Part shown: positions 44,631 through 58,859 of the stretch, piece by piece | Position numbering within the stretch: position 1 is the stretch's first letter | How the letters are laid out: each line of letters begins with the position of its first letter | Assembly (NCBI RefSeq): GCF_009914755.1 | Contig: NC_060927.1 | Direction: 5' to 3' (one strand) | Source of the DNA: the human T2T-CHM13v2.0 reference genome, Homo sapiens | Length of the DNA: 64,000 nt | The notes under the pieces: generated by a model | What the model saw: the letters and a program-made list of their open reading frames with translations, nothing else | What the model was told of the DNA's origin: nothing | The model's database searches: none | Translations under genes and position numbers: made by a program

Positions 44631-44696
<66 letters not shown>
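44631..44696. repeat. Compound microsatellite (TA)13(TG)20 in the Alu tail
   Basis: Read directly. Confidence 0.97.
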
Positions 44697-44700
<4 letters not shown>

Positions 44701-44706
44701 GAATCA

Positions 44707-45830
44707 TTGTGGTTCAGGATAATTTTCTGATTTGGAGCAAGAGCCCAGCTAGTTGACAGCCAAGGGTAGACCCAGGGCCAAGCCCCTGGAGGTTGAAGGC
44801 TGGGTTAGATGGGCAGGGCCCTGAAAAAAGGACTGAGTTTGACCCCAGATTTCATGACCCAGGGTAAAATGTTGGAGGGAGGATGTTGAGGAGATACTCA
44901 GAAACGTAAAGACATGCCCATTTTGGAGTTTGGATGACTGGGTAGATGAGGGTACCATTTCCTAGGACAGGGGAAATGGAATGAGGGATTTGGATGTGTT
45001 TGTATTGAGTTTTGGATATACAGGTTGAGTATCCCTAACCTGAAAATCCAAAATGTGAAAGATGCACCAAAATCTGAAACTTTTGAGCACCAACATGATG
45101 CTCAAAGAAAATGCTCATGGATTTCAGGTTTTCAGATTAGGGAGACTGAACTAGTAAGTATAATGCAGATATTACAAAATCTGAAAATATTCGAAATCCA
45201 AAATACTTCTGGTCCCAAGCGTATCAGATAAAGAATACTCAGCCTATATATGGGACATCCAAATGTCAGTGGTGGTGCCAAAGGGTGGCTTGTGGGTCAT
45301 AGCCTCCTCATAGTTTCAATTAACCTTCTAGTTGGCTTCTCTAATGATGTACACAGTTGTAGTAAAATCAGTTTATGCTATGCAAAGGTAGTTTCAAGAT
45401 AAGCCCAGCCCTCCCCTTCCCTTTAGAGTACTGTTTCTAAACCTCTCTGATATAGAAATTCTGTGACCTCTACTGTCCAGTAACGATATTTACTAAGCAG
45501 TTGTATATATATGGGTCAGAGCAACGTTGGGCAAATAAATAAAAGATTTGGTGTCGTTAGCGTAAAGATGGAAGTGTAATTCATGGGTGAGAAGGGAATT
45601 GCCCAATAAAAGTGTTATCAAGTGGGAAGAGGACATAATAAAGAAACTGGAAGAGCACCAATGTCTGAGAGCAGCCCTGCTGAGAAAGAAGAGTTGTGAA
45701 GGTGATTAAGGGAAAGGAGGAGAGAATGGTGTCCAGGAAATCAAGGTAGGAGAGAGTTTCATGGAAGGGAGAAAGATCAAATTTCTCTTAAGCACAGAAA
45801 AGGTTGAGAGGAATGTTGTCCTGGGGTGTT
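44707..45830 (-). mobile_element. L2 fragments
   Basis: gatgactgggtagatgagggtaccattt...tgagttttgga; gggacatccaaatg; tgtccaggaaatcaaggtaggagagagtttcatggaagg. Confidence 0.6.
45021..45246. mobile_element. Tigger4a/MER46 (Zombi) TcMar MITE
   Basis: TIRs caggttgagtatccct / agaatactcagccta with TA on both sides. Confidence 0.88.
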
Positions 45831-47719
45831 GAGGGTGTGTGATAGTATTCTCTCCACCACCTCTCACGGGCTGAGGAGGCAGCTGAGAGAGAGAGCAGAT
45901 CTCTTTGCCCTGGAACATTTGCAAAGCGGTGCTCAGTTTCCTTCTGCATGAGCTCTTCCACTGCACCCTTTGTTGATACAGGCAGGCATGGGGCCACCCT
46001 TAGGCTCTGCAAAGATAACCTAATAACAGCTTGGCCAGAGCTCTTGTTCTTCCTAAACCCCAGAAAGAGACTTGGATGGCGAAGCAACCACTTGCCACCA
46101 AAACAGTTACTGCCACCCCCCACTCAGGATCATCGACAAGCTGCCTGCTAGGTTGGGTGATATGTCTTTTATTTAGCTTTCTGTTAATTTGCTAAACACT
46201 GTTTTGGTCTATGTGACTGTAGAATATAAAAATGCAGTAGGTGGTTTATAGGAGACAAGTTGCAAGAGAATGCTCTGTGCTCTGAGCCACACACAAAATA
46301 CCTACCCTCCGAAGGGCAGGATTTTCCCTCGGGCTAACGTGGAGCGAGCTAAGCAAGGTTCCCCATCCTCTTTATGGCTCTCTTTGACCTGCTCCTCCCC
46401 TCAGTGCCGTGTGGTGGGCGTACAACTGTTGCAAGTAGGTGGCACAGCTGTTTGCTTTGACTGCCTCTGTACCTCAGGGATCTCAGCCACACAGTTAACA
46501 TTGCAGGATGAAAATGGCATTTATGCTTTAATAAACTCACCCTATTTCTTTGTTAGAGGAAAAAAAGCGGGGGATACCACCCACAACGTTGCCAGCTACA
46601 TGTCACCGCTCAGATCACACCACAGTGGCTAATATTTTCCAAATTCTCCCTTGCATTGAAAATGGAAACCATTAGAAAAATATTGGGATGGTGTGAAGAT
46701 TTCCCAAACACCTGCCTCCCACCTCTTATGCACATATGCCTGGTTTTTGCAGTGCACGTAGCTTTGTTTCTTTTTTTTTTCCTTTTGGTGCATTTTCATT
46801 TACAAGCACATGTATATTTTATAAGTGTATGTGTACATACTTCTTGGTGATTTACTTGTAAATTTCCTAAATGGGGAAGCCACACAAAGGTCGCCAAGCT
46901 GTGGATGGAATTAAATAGCATTTCCTAATAGGAAATAATAAAGCAGGCGTCAGAAATGTATAGGCAAGAGGGAAAATGCATTTTCAACCGGAAAGTTATT
47001 GAGTGTTTATAATCAAGGAGCTGATTCTGTAGAGGAGGGGAGTCACCCTCCTCTTCCTTGTCAAATAAATCACAGCAAGCTCTCCAAGTTGTCACTCTGA
47101 AGGGCTAAATCTTTCAGGCTTCGCTCCTTTTTGTCCTGCTAAGACAACACAGTCACATATCCTTGCTGGCACACCTTTTTCTCCCTCCTCCTTGCCTGGC
47201 AGTATCTATCAATATATATTTCATGGGTAACCGTGGATGGCACATTTTTCTGATTTGACTTGAAGTATCCATAACTATGATGGACTTTGCCTGACTCAGA
47301 AATCAGCTGCCTTTCAGTCTCCCATCTAGAGGACCTCTGCAAATCAAAGAAAAGAGCGACATTAACTTCTTGCTTTTGTTGTCATTACATTATTTTATTA
47401 CTAGCCTGTTATTACTTTAACACTGTGGAGCTACAAGTAACTCAGTCTGAGATAACAAAATTCATGGTATTAAGGAAGTTTGGAATTGGAGGGAATTTTA
47501 GATCTTACAGCCCTAGACAATCTGGAATAACAATTGAAACCTGATAACCAATAGTCATACTAATGATTGCTATATTCCGTATTTATATAATCCTTTTGCT
47601 TTTAGATTTTTAAGATTTTTAGGGTGCTTTAAAAACAATGATCAATATTTTTTGGAGTAGAGGTTTTATATTGTTTCTGAAAGCCTGTGTTTTCTATGTA
47701 TATATAAGCAGGAAATACT

Positions 47720-48245
47720 CCATTCATTCATTTATTATTTTAAATATTTTTATTGAATACCTATTATGTTTTAGGTACTATTCTAAGTGCTGAGGATAAT
47801 AAAGTGAACAAGAATGATATAATCCATGCTTCATAGAGCTTATGTTTTCATAGGGGCATCAGACATAAATGAGTAAATCAACCAAAAGATAATTTTGTAT
47901 TGTTATGGGCTCTGATTAAAATATGACAGGCTTATATGGTAGTGACAAGGGGTTGGCTACCTTAGATTATGTGGTCAGGGAGCCCCTCTCTGACCAGGTA
48001 ACATTTGGTCTGAGAACTGAATGACAAGAAGCAGCCATAAGGTAAACAAAATTTGGGAAAGGAATTCTCCAGATAAGGCCTAAGGCAGAGATGAGCTTGG
48101 CAAGAGTGAGAAGAGAGAGCTGGAGTGAGCTGGGGGAAGAGGCGTGTGTGATGAGGTCAGAGAAGTAGGTAGATCCAGGTCACCCATAAACTTTTAGATC
48201 AGGGAAAGAGTCAGAGTTTTATTTTAAGTGCAACAGGAAGCCACG
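47720..48245 (-). mobile_element. L2a/b 3' end
   Basis: cattcattca...ttattgaatacctattatg...taagtgctgaggata...gtggtcagggagcccctctc...gagaactgaatgacaagaag. Confidence 0.85.
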
Positions 48246-48528
48246 GGGCAGAGAAGGAGGCTCAAAAAGGTGAGAGATGTTGCAGAGCCTGTGTTTGTGG
48301 ATGAACTGTAGAGCTGTGGTTCAAGAAGCTCAGCTCCAGTGTGGTTACAGGGACTGAGTGTGGGTAGGGCCGTTTCCTTAAATGGAATCCAAGATGCTGT
48401 GCACAGAAGGAGGGGGATGGATGGCAGCCAGCCAAAATAAAAGATGTGACACTGCTAGAATTTTCTCTGAAGAGAAATTTTATAGACCTTGGGTACATGG
48501 ACAAGAATAGTTATAAAAACATGAGAAT

Positions 48529-48650
48529 ACATCTATCTATCTATCATCTATCTAATCTATCATCTATGTTATCTATCATCTATCTATCTATATCTATCTA
48601 TCTTCTGTGTATCTTTCCATCCATCCATTATTTATCTATTATGTATCCAC
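48529..48650. repeat. Degenerate (TATC)n/(CCAT)n tetranucleotide repeat
   Basis: Read directly. Confidence 0.9.
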
Positions 48651-48842
48651 TCACCCCTCTATCCTTTTCTACATGTAAAGAGCCAGAAAAAAATGATCCC
48701 AGAGAGGATTTACTCTCCAGAATTTTTGGAGAAGAAGGTGAAGAAATGGCAAAAGCTTTTCCCCAGCAGGGATATAGTTACACCCTACTTCGAGACACTT
48801 CATCATAATGATGATGATCATTGAAGAAGAAAATAACTTTCA

Positions 48843-49250
48843 CGTATCCCCTTAAGTTGGGTTCCCTCCAAAGCAGATGTAGAGACAAAGATTTGGCTGC
48901 AGGTCATTTATTAAGAGGTAATCCTAGGAACCAGGGAGAAAGTGGTAGAATCAGGGAAGAAAGGAGAGCCAGCAAATGGTGTATTATGAGAAGACTGAAA
49001 GAGTAGACAACAGAGGACCTCTGTGCAGGACATGTTTTGGAATTGTGTCACCAAGAGGCGAGGAGACCAACTTCCATCCTTGAGTATTTGAGGGTCTCTT
49101 CTGGGGTATTAAATCCCCAGCTCTTCCAATCTGCCCAGCATTCCAGGGGCCAGGGAGCACTTTCAGGTAGAAAGATGCAGGAAGCTGTTGATATGTGTGG
49201 GTACTGCCTGTGATATCAGGTGTGGGCTCAAGGATATGGACAGAATACCT
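48843..49250 (-). mobile_element. LTR16-family ERVL LTR
   Basis: ttaagttgggttccctccaaagcagatgtagagacaaagatttggctgcaggtcatttatt...aaggatatggacaga. Confidence 0.65.
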
Positions 49251-49491
49251 GTGTAGACATTTAAGGAAACTTCAGGTATAAATGGTGCTGATTATATCCT
49301 GGTATGAGCTACCCAAGGAAAATTTCATGTCTCCAAGGAAAATCTATTCAGTTAGATCAACCTCACTACAGATCTCATGATGCTCCTTAAAACCTTTTAA
49401 AACCTGCTGCAGCAGTTTTCATGGTAACTGTGTCTGTGGTTGCTGAGGCTCTGCATTTGGGAAATTCTGAACTTTGGTGGTTCCTCTACAA

Positions 49492-49818
49492 CAGCGGTCC
49501 CCAACCCCTGGGCCATGGTACCAGTCCGTGGCCTGTTAGGAACCCAGAGACACAGCAGGAAGTGAACACAGGGCGAGTGAGCTTTACTGCCTGAGCTTCA
49601 CCTCCTGTCAGATCAGCAGTGGCATTAGATTCTCATAGGACCATGAACCCTATTATGACCTGTGCATGTGAGGGATGTAGGTTGTGTGCTCCTTATGAGA
49701 ATCTAAGGCCTGATGATCTGAGGTGGAACAGTGTCACCCTGAAACTATTCCTCTGAACCCCATTCGTGGAAAAATTGTCTTCCATGAAGCCTGTCCTGGG
49801 TGCCAAAAGGGACCTCTG
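49492..49818. mobile_element. MER1B hAT-Charlie MITE
   Basis: cagcggtccccaacc...cctcctgtcagatcagcagtggcattagattctcatagg; perfect 8-bp TSD ctctacaa (49484, 49819). Confidence 0.93.
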
Positions 49819-49942
49819 CTCTACAATAACTGCCTTTCTACCACTCTCCCATGTCTAAAGATGGTGGTCACTTCTTCAGGTTTAAAGTCCTGCTCTAGAG
49901 GTGGCTTTCTGGGGCATCAGGAAACTCCTGAGGGTAGGATAG

Positions 49943-50390
49943 TGTAGTGGATGTCTTAGTGTACTACCCACAACTCCCTTAAGGACTTGGGCACTCACCC
50001 CTCTACTGCTAGGGAATATGGGTGCTGCTGGCTTTCAGCTAAGGCTCTGCTCAGGAATTGTCCTCAGCCGAAGAGAGCTCCCCACTCCAGGTTCCACCCC
50101 TTCCTAGGGGGCAGCCTTCATCCACTGACATCCATCCTTAGTGTAAAGGCACTAAGGCCAGATACCCTTGCCTCCATGAGGGACAACTCTGAAGAGCCAT
50201 TATTGCTCCAGAGCTCCCTGTGGGATAGGCTGAGGCCTCTGCTGCAACTGCATCAAAATCCAACTTCTCCCACTTCCATGTTCTGCTTCTTTCATGTCTC
50301 CACAGGTGTTGATCTCTAAAACACACCCAATAAGCCTCCTGCACCAAAATTTGTGTCAGAATCAGTTTTCTGAAGAACCTGACTTAAGGG
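49943..50390 (+). mobile_element. LTR16C-like ERVL solo LTR
   Basis: ggaattgtcctcagccgaagagagct...gggacaactctgaagagccat...gctccagagctccctgtgggataggctgaggcc...ccaataagcctcctgcac. Confidence 0.85.
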
Positions 50391-51689
50391 TTCAACGAGG
50401 GGCAACTATTTATGCCTTCTTGTTTGATCCTCCTTCTCCACTAACAGCTGACAGGTTCTAAAAAAGTCCCATTGATGGCCCTGGGAACTTGAAGGTCCTT
50501 GAGAGTCTTGGCTGTTTAGGGAGGCCCAAGAGTAATGGCTTTTTTTCCAGAGCCCTTAATATCATTCCTGTAGAGGAAAAAGAGCCCTCAGGATGCCTAA
50601 GGAGTTGTAGTAAACAGATGGCACCCATGGCTCCTGGAGCCAGCCAAGTTCAGAATGGTCTGTCAAGTAGTGAAATGTTTCCTTGAGATTTTTATGGCTG
50701 TACAATGTTTGAAGAAGCCAACATATATCAAGAAATGTAGACAAGGAAGGACAGCCTACAAAAAGGGAAAGGAAATAGGAAGGCTTTAGACTTAGATTTA
50801 ATATTCTTGGAAACAGAGATGAATGATTTAAAGCTTATTTGTTTATGTTTGTTTACCATTTGGTGCCTAGTGTTCTTATGATATAATTTGCTTCACAATT
50901 TTAAGATCTATTTTACATACCAATAACACCTCACACTTTCTGTATATAGTACACTTAATCCAGAGACTGTGTGGGTATCTATTTATAGAGGCTCACACTC
51001 ACACTCACACTTATACTCATGTTTGTCTACACAGTGTGGCTAATATTATACACAGAAAGGGAGAGATATCAAGTCACCCTATGCCCAATAAATTTTTTGT
51101 TAGTGAAATAGTTTGTTGGAGGATGATAAACACAGTGCAAGAATGTCTGTAAGCTTTTCGAGTCTGCCTGCCCAAATGGTTAAGTAAAGCACAATATGAA
51201 TTTTTATTTTCCTCTTGCTTCCTACAATACTCAACCCAGAGTTGGTGGACATTGAAAATCAAGCAGTAGGAATTGTACTCTATTTAAATATTTTAATTTT
51301 ATATCTACAGAGCATTGATGACTGATTTAACTATCAAATTATAATGCTAAAGAAACTTATTGAAAATGATTTTCTAAGTGTTCTAAAAATATAGTACTGT
51401 AGGTTGATATAGCATAATAAGTTTCAAAAGGGCATCTGTGCTGGTATAGTTACCAAATTTTAGACCCATGTGACTTGATATGAACTGTATAAGAATATAT
51501 TTTATTTATTCAACTTCATGACACCAAGACCAGGAGCTAGATTTTATAATAACATCATCTCATTCCAAATTATTTTCTTTTCTTAGGCTTTGCAGCTGTG
51601 TGACCATTTCTGAATATAATGGATTCATTCTACCCTCAAATATTTAATTTGATGGAAAGAAGCTTTAGATATCGAAAATTTTATATCAT

Positions 51690-52100
51690 ATTAACAAGGA
51701 TGCTCATTGCAATATTGCATATAATATTGAAATACTGGAACAACTTGAATGTCCATCAATAGGGGAATGGTTATATTAATATAAATATAGTATATTTATA
51801 CAATGCATCCTGGAATAAACAATGATGTAAATATACATCTATTGACTGTGAAAACATGGCCATGTTACATTGGCTGATAAAAGCAGATTATAAAATCATA
51901 TAAAATCATATAATTCATTTCTATACAATTGTAAGTAGATAATAGCAAATATGTGAGTATACAGAACTATTATTATATAAATACTTATACATAATAGGGA
52001 GTAGTTTTTCAGATGTTTTGTGATTACTTCTACCTAAATAGAATTTCAAGGATATTTACTCTTTATATCTTTTTTCTTAACAACAATAATACATTTTTTT
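51690..52100 (+). mobile_element. Old L1ME 3' fragment
   Basis: acaaggatgctcattgca...ctggaacaacttgaatgtccatcaataggggaatggtt. Confidence 0.65.
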
Positions 52101-52330
52101 TTAACAAAAAATTGAACATGCATAGCATCTGAAGATATTGGGTTGCTCATCACCCATTTGGTTTCTAGGATAAGATGCTATTCTGGTACTCCACTACCTC
52201 ATAGACAATTTGTCAGTTTTCTTCTACCTCCCCATCCCCTTAATTCTGGAATGATCCATGGCTCAATCTTTGGTTCTCCTCTATCTATTTCCTGGGTGAC
52301 CTCACTCAGTCTTATTATGCTCGATATTGT
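51936..52330 (+). repeat. Donor copy of 395 bp local duplication
   Basis: About 96% identical to 53336-53735 (~16 substitutions plus T-run length). Confidence 0.97.
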
Positions 52331-53230
52331 CTGTTGTCCTTTGGCACCCAAATGTCTGCCTTTATATTCTCCCTCTATATTTTAGGTGGAAGGCTAAAAA
52401 CTATACTTCCAAGACTCTTTTGTGGCTTGAACTATGAATACAATTTAGGTTCTGCTAACAAGAAGTACTCATATGAGAAGTGAAAGACAGAAAAGACATT
52501 GAAGCCATTTTTCTATGGCAGCTCTACCTGACATACAAGTTCCAACAGACATGAGCATTTCCAGCAGCTGGCTGCACATTTCATGTCTCTTTGCCAATTC
52601 ATGGATGTGAGGCATGTAAGGGTTAGCAGTTTCTTGCCTTCTGGATTACAGATATAATGGAGGGACTTCAGAATAGAAAATCCAGTGGTGTTCCCTGAAT
52701 TTTGTTCTTTCAGCACTTCCAACAAATTTGTTAGCTTTGCCTCAAATACTTTGAGTGGTTTTTCTGTTCTGCACTGAACCCTGACTTATATGTCAATGAT
52801 TAAAACATCTTATCTCCAGAGAAGACTTTTTTTTTTTTTAACTTTGGACTCGTATATCCAACTGCCTACTTGACATCTGAATTTGAATTTGCAATAGGCG
52901 TCTCAATCTTAAATCCAAAACTTAACTCTGATCTTCCTACCAAAGCCTGCTCCTTCCCAGCTTTCCCTCTATCAATTGATGACAACTCATACTTCCAGTT
53001 GCTTAGGTCAATAATTTCGAAATCACTTTTAATTCCTGTTTTTCTCCCACACATAAAATTGGTCAACAAATTCTGTTGTCCCTGTTTTCAAAATCTCTTT
53101 CTGTCTCTCCAAATAGAATTTAAGTTCCTTAAAGGTAGAAAATGTTGTCTTATTTGATCCTTTGCCAGAATAGTGTCTGGCACATAGTCGGTGTTCTGTA
53201 TTTTAACTAAATGGAGTGATGAATAATAAA
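52150..53230 (+). mobile_element. L2 interrupted by an LTR33/LTR16-like ERVL LTR (~52325-52791)
   Basis: L2 motifs tatatccaactgcctacttgacatct and gtctggcacatagtcggtg; LTR ends gagtggtttttctgttctgcactgaaccctgact. Confidence 0.7.
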
Positions 53231-53303
53231 CGAAGAGATAAGATCTGAAGCTTTCTAGGGACAACTTAATAGGAGACACCGCTAGCTAAACTTTTTTTGT
53301 GCT

Positions 53304-54080
53304 TGTCTTAGTCTATTTGGGCTGCTATAACAAAATAGATAATAGCAAATATGTGAGTATACAGAACTGTTATTATATAAATACTTACACATAATAGGGA
53401 GTAGTTTTTCAGATGTTTTGTGATTACTTCTACCTAAATAGAATTTCAAGGATATTTACTCTTTATATCTTCTTTCTTAACAATGATAATACATTTTTTT
53501 TTTTTTTTACAAAAAATTGAACATGCATAGCATCTGAAGATACTGGGTTGCTCATCATTCATTTGGTTTCCAGGATAAGATGCTATTCTGGTAATCCACT
53601 ACCTCATAGACCATTTGTCAGTTTTCTTCTACCTCCTCGTCCCCTTAATGCTGGAATGATCCATAGCTCAATCTTTGGTTCTCCTCTATCTATTTCCTGG
53701 GTGACCTCACTCAGTCTTATTATGCTCGATATTGTACCATCAATTGGGTGGCTTATAAGCAACAGAAGTTTGTTGTTCACAGTTCTGGAGGCTGGGAAAT
53801 CCAAGATCAAGATGCTGGCAGATTTGGTGTCCGGTGAGGGCCACTTTGTGGTTCATAGATGGTATCATCTTGCTGCATCCTTACATGGTGGAAGGGGCTA
53901 GCTAACTCTCTGATGTCTCTTTTATAATGGCACTAATCACATTCATGAGGGCAGATCCCTCATAACCTAATCACCTTCCAAAGGCTGCCACCTTCTGATA
54001 CTATCACATGAGAGATTAGGTTTCAATGTATGAATTCTTTTGGTGGGTGGTGGGGAAACACAAACATTCAGACCATAGCA
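53304..54080 (-). mobile_element. MLT1A-like LTR split by the 400 bp duplicated block (53336-53735)
   Basis: tgtcttagtctatttgggctgctataacaaaata | ccatcaattgggtggcttata...cacaaacattcagaccatagca. Confidence 0.9.
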
Positions 54081-55751
54081 CATCTAATGAAAACATTCAA
54101 TATGTTTTTAGAGAATTGAATTTCAATATTTTTAGCGTATTTTAAGATTTACACATACCTTATCGAGAGTTTGATTCATTAAGTATTTTTTTTCTTTGAA
54201 TGGAGAAACAGAGAGGTATAAAAGAACTTATCTTAGGGTTGTCATGCAGAATATGAATTGATTCTCACTTTAGTGTTGCAGCTTTAATAAAGATCACAGT
54301 AGCAAAAACATCAGCATCAAATATTCATTGAGCACATACTATGTACCAAATCCTGTTCAAGGCATTTATGTTTATTTTTTACTATCAAAACGATGCTTGT
54401 GTATAGTATAACAAACTGAAAGAAGGGGAAAAAGAAGAGAAAAAATCAAATCGTACAAAATTCATAATGGAACATACTATTTTCCTGCTCTAACCGCTCC
54501 TATTTTGAAGTCCCCCTCCCCAGAGATAACCACTTCAGCTATTTTCAGTGTTTCTTTTGTTATTTACCTTCATATTTTCAAATGCAAAGTTTGCATTTCA
54601 GTATCTTGAATTTTCAGTTGTAAACATTATTTATTGACTTCCTGCCTTGGAAGATGAGGACTCGGGTTTCCTATGACACCTCTTCCACTTTCCCATCCTT
54701 TCATTATACCTGTTTCAAAGCCCTCGAAAAATTTAATTTCAGCACTTGCTTTATTATGATAGTATAATTATTGTTTACAGGCGAAAAAAATGTATAGCAC
54801 TTTTGATTTTTCTTGCAGTTAATAATTGCTTCTCTTTTAAAAACTTAGCTTTCCATGTAACTATTACTAATTATTTCTTCAAACTCTTTAAAAACATTAA
54901 CATTTCTCTCAGTTTACTGAAACACATCAAGTAATCTACCAGTTACTTTTATTTTTTGTTCTAGGAGACTAGAACTCTTTACCCTCCTGTTTATGTATGG
55001 GTGAGTTGCTCCACAGGCCACTGTACAGCTATTATTTGGAACCTTCCTTTACCATCATCTTTGGGATTGCTTGTTCCCTGGTTCCCATGTTTTCCTGTTT
55101 TTGATTTTGTTTCCTTGTATAATATCCTCATGAGCTTCCTGAGAAAAGAGTATGTGAAAGGTAATTTTTTGAGACCTTATATATCTTAAAATGTCTTTAT
55201 TCTATCTCACATTTGACTGATAATTTGTCTGGGTATGTAATTCTGATATGGAACACATTTTCTTCAGAGATTTTGACAGCATTTTTGTCTTCTAGCTTTC
55301 ACCACTGCCATTAAGAAATCTGATACCATTATTTTTGCAGTCTTTAAAATAAGATCTGTTATATTGCCCCTAAGAAACCCTTTAGGACTTCTTTATATAG
55401 GCTGTCTTGAAATTTCAATGTGTCTTGATAATAATTATGTTTCATTTCTTGTGCTGGGTATTCTATAAGCCCTTTCAATATAGAAATTCATGGCTTGCTA
55501 TTCTGAAAATGTTCTTGAATGTTTTTAAAAATACCTTCTTCCTCTCTGTTTTCTCTGTTCTTATTTTCTGAAACTATTATTAGTTGGATGTTGAATTTGC
55601 TGGGTTTCTTATATTTCCTTTTCTATTTCTGATCTCTTTATATATATCTATTTCTAAAATATTGCCTCAACTTTATATTTCAACCCATCTAGTAATGTTT
55701 TTTTCAATTTCTGCCATTATATTTTAAATTCCTAAGTATTCTTGAATGGAC

Positions 55752-55975
55752 TATGGAGCTAGAGTGCCTATGTTCATAACTCAGCTCTGCTGTGTGATCT
55801 TGGGAAGGTTATTTAACCTTTCTGTGCCTGTTTCTTCATTTGTAAAATAGGGATAAGAATACCTACCTCATACAGTTGTTATGGTAATTAAATGGTTTAA
55901 TATTTGTGGAGCACTTAGTACAGTGCCTGGCACTTAGTAAGTTCTGCATAAGTGTTAGATAAATACAGTAAATAA
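55752..55975 (+). mobile_element. MIR SINE
   Basis: ctgtgtgatcttgggaaggttatttaacctttctgtgcctg...tgtaaaatagggataag...acagtgcctggcacttagtaag. Confidence 0.9.
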
Positions 55976-56112
55976 AGAGCACCCTGTTCTTGTTTCATAG
56001 ATGTAATATCTCCACTGATTTCTCTGGGAACATTATTGCCTTCTGAATTGTTTGTGTTTTTTTTTCTCTCTCTCTCTGTCTCTGTGTGAGTGTGTGTGTG
56101 TGTATGTGTGTG

Positions 56113-56992
<880 letters not shown>

Positions 56993-57590
56993 GTGTGTGC
57001 ATGTGAATTCCCTCAACCTGTGGGCTTCACTGAGCAGTGGCCTTGCTCTATCACTGGGGGGGCCTCTGACTTTCTGTTTCTGTAGGCCTTGTCTCTAGGA
57101 CTGCTTACTTTCTCCAGAGAGAAGTAATTCAAACTTCTGTCAGTGGGTAGGAGGTGGGGACATCAAAACTGGCTGCTTGTTTTGAAGCTTAGTGGAGGGA
57201 GGAAGAATTAGCAGGGACCCACCACTTAGCAGGTAGAATTTATTGTAATTCCCAATTCCCAATACTGGGCCTCTTTTCCTATCTCTGCTTGCATGTTGGT
57301 CCCAGGTCATAGCTTCTTAACAGAGTAAAACTCTGATCTCCTTTGAAGGCCAGGAAGGAATAGTTAGTTGCCTGGCTGTGTGAAGCAGGAGAGGGGTGCT
57401 GAGGATCTGACACCTTCCTACAGAAACTTATTTTTCTCCTTTTCAAAATTTAATTTTGATATAATTTCAGACATATTGTAAAATTGAATTCTGTACAGAG
57501 AATTTCCTTATGCCTTTCATCCAGATTCCTCAAATGTTAACAGTTGTTTTATCATTCTCTCTCTAGGTATATATGTAAGCTGCTTGACAA

Positions 57591-58050
57591 GTGTATTAGT
57601 TTCCTATAACTGTGTTGCCATGAACTTCGTGGTTTAAACAAGGCAAATCTATTATCTTACAGTTTTGGAGGTCAGAATTCTGAAATTGGCTTCACTGGGC
57701 TTAAAAGTGAAGATGTTAGAAGGACTACATTCCTTCTGGATGCTCTAGGGAAGAATACGTGTCCCTGCCATTTCCTGCTTCTAGAGGCTGCCTACATTCT
57801 TTGGCTTGTGGCCCCTTCCTCCATCTTCAAAGCCAGCAGGTTAGCATCATCAAGCCTCAGTCTGACTCATCTCTATTTTGCCGTCCTCTCCTACTTTTAA
57901 GGTCTTGTGATTACACTGGACACACCTGGGATAATCCAGGATAAACTCCTTAAAGTCAGCTAATTAGCAGCCTTAATTCCATCTGCAACCTTAATTCCCT
58001 TTTGTCATGTAAAGTAACATATTCAGAGGTCTGGAGATTAGAACATGGAC
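57591..58050 (-). mobile_element. MLT1C-like LTR
   Basis: tgtattagtttccta...ttattatcttacagttttggaggtcaga...tctagaggctgcctacattctttggcttgtggcccc...gattagaacatggac. Confidence 0.85.
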
Positions 58051-58859
58051 TGTTGTTCTCCCACATGTATCCATCATTCTTTAAGCATGTTCATATTTTC
58101 TAGAAAAAAGATATTCCAGGTTCATTTTGTACTTTCTTTACCCTGACCTTGAGTTAGCCATCTATTGCCTAGTTTGTCTTTACAACAACAATGGTGGATG
58201 CTATTAAAACTTTTGTTTGACTAATGAGGAAATATAAACTGTCAAGAGGTTGATTAACCAGACCGTGGTTACATAGCAGGAAAGGGGCTGACGACAAGAA
58301 AGGGACTAGAGTCTAAGTATATTTCACCTCATGCCTGTGCTCCTAACCACTGGACTACTTTGTGCGGTTAGCAACTTCACTTTCCAAAGGTAAAACCCAT
58401 TTTGAGGTATTAGTATAGGGAAATATAATCTACACTTGCTAGCAGGTAGTATATATATAAATATAGCATCAATTTGAATTTGGGAACTTGGGATATGAAT
58501 AGTATAATTATTCTTTGAGCAAATGAAAATGTGTGCTGAGTTGCTTGTGTGAGATAGGTAGTTTTCTAGCAATCAAATATATATATTTATAGTATATTCA
58601 TATTATATTACTTCTAGTTATTAGAGCTCAATTTAATAATTCTTCATCTGAAGTTAATGATTAATTTAAGGACTGACTTGGATAATATTTCTTCTGTAAC
58701 TTAATTATGTTGATTTTGGCATAACATTTAATTTTTCATTTTTTTGTGTGCAAGGATGATATGTATGACTTAACAATGTGGGCCAGACTGTATTGAACCC
58801 AGTATAACAGAAATTGTTGGGATATTAACCACCCACACCAACCAGTATTTATAATAGAA

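Noticed and set aside
53336-53736. TA duplication as a Tc1/mariner insertion
   Set aside because: The cargo has no terminal inverted repeats, and microhomology with the donor explains the TA equally well.
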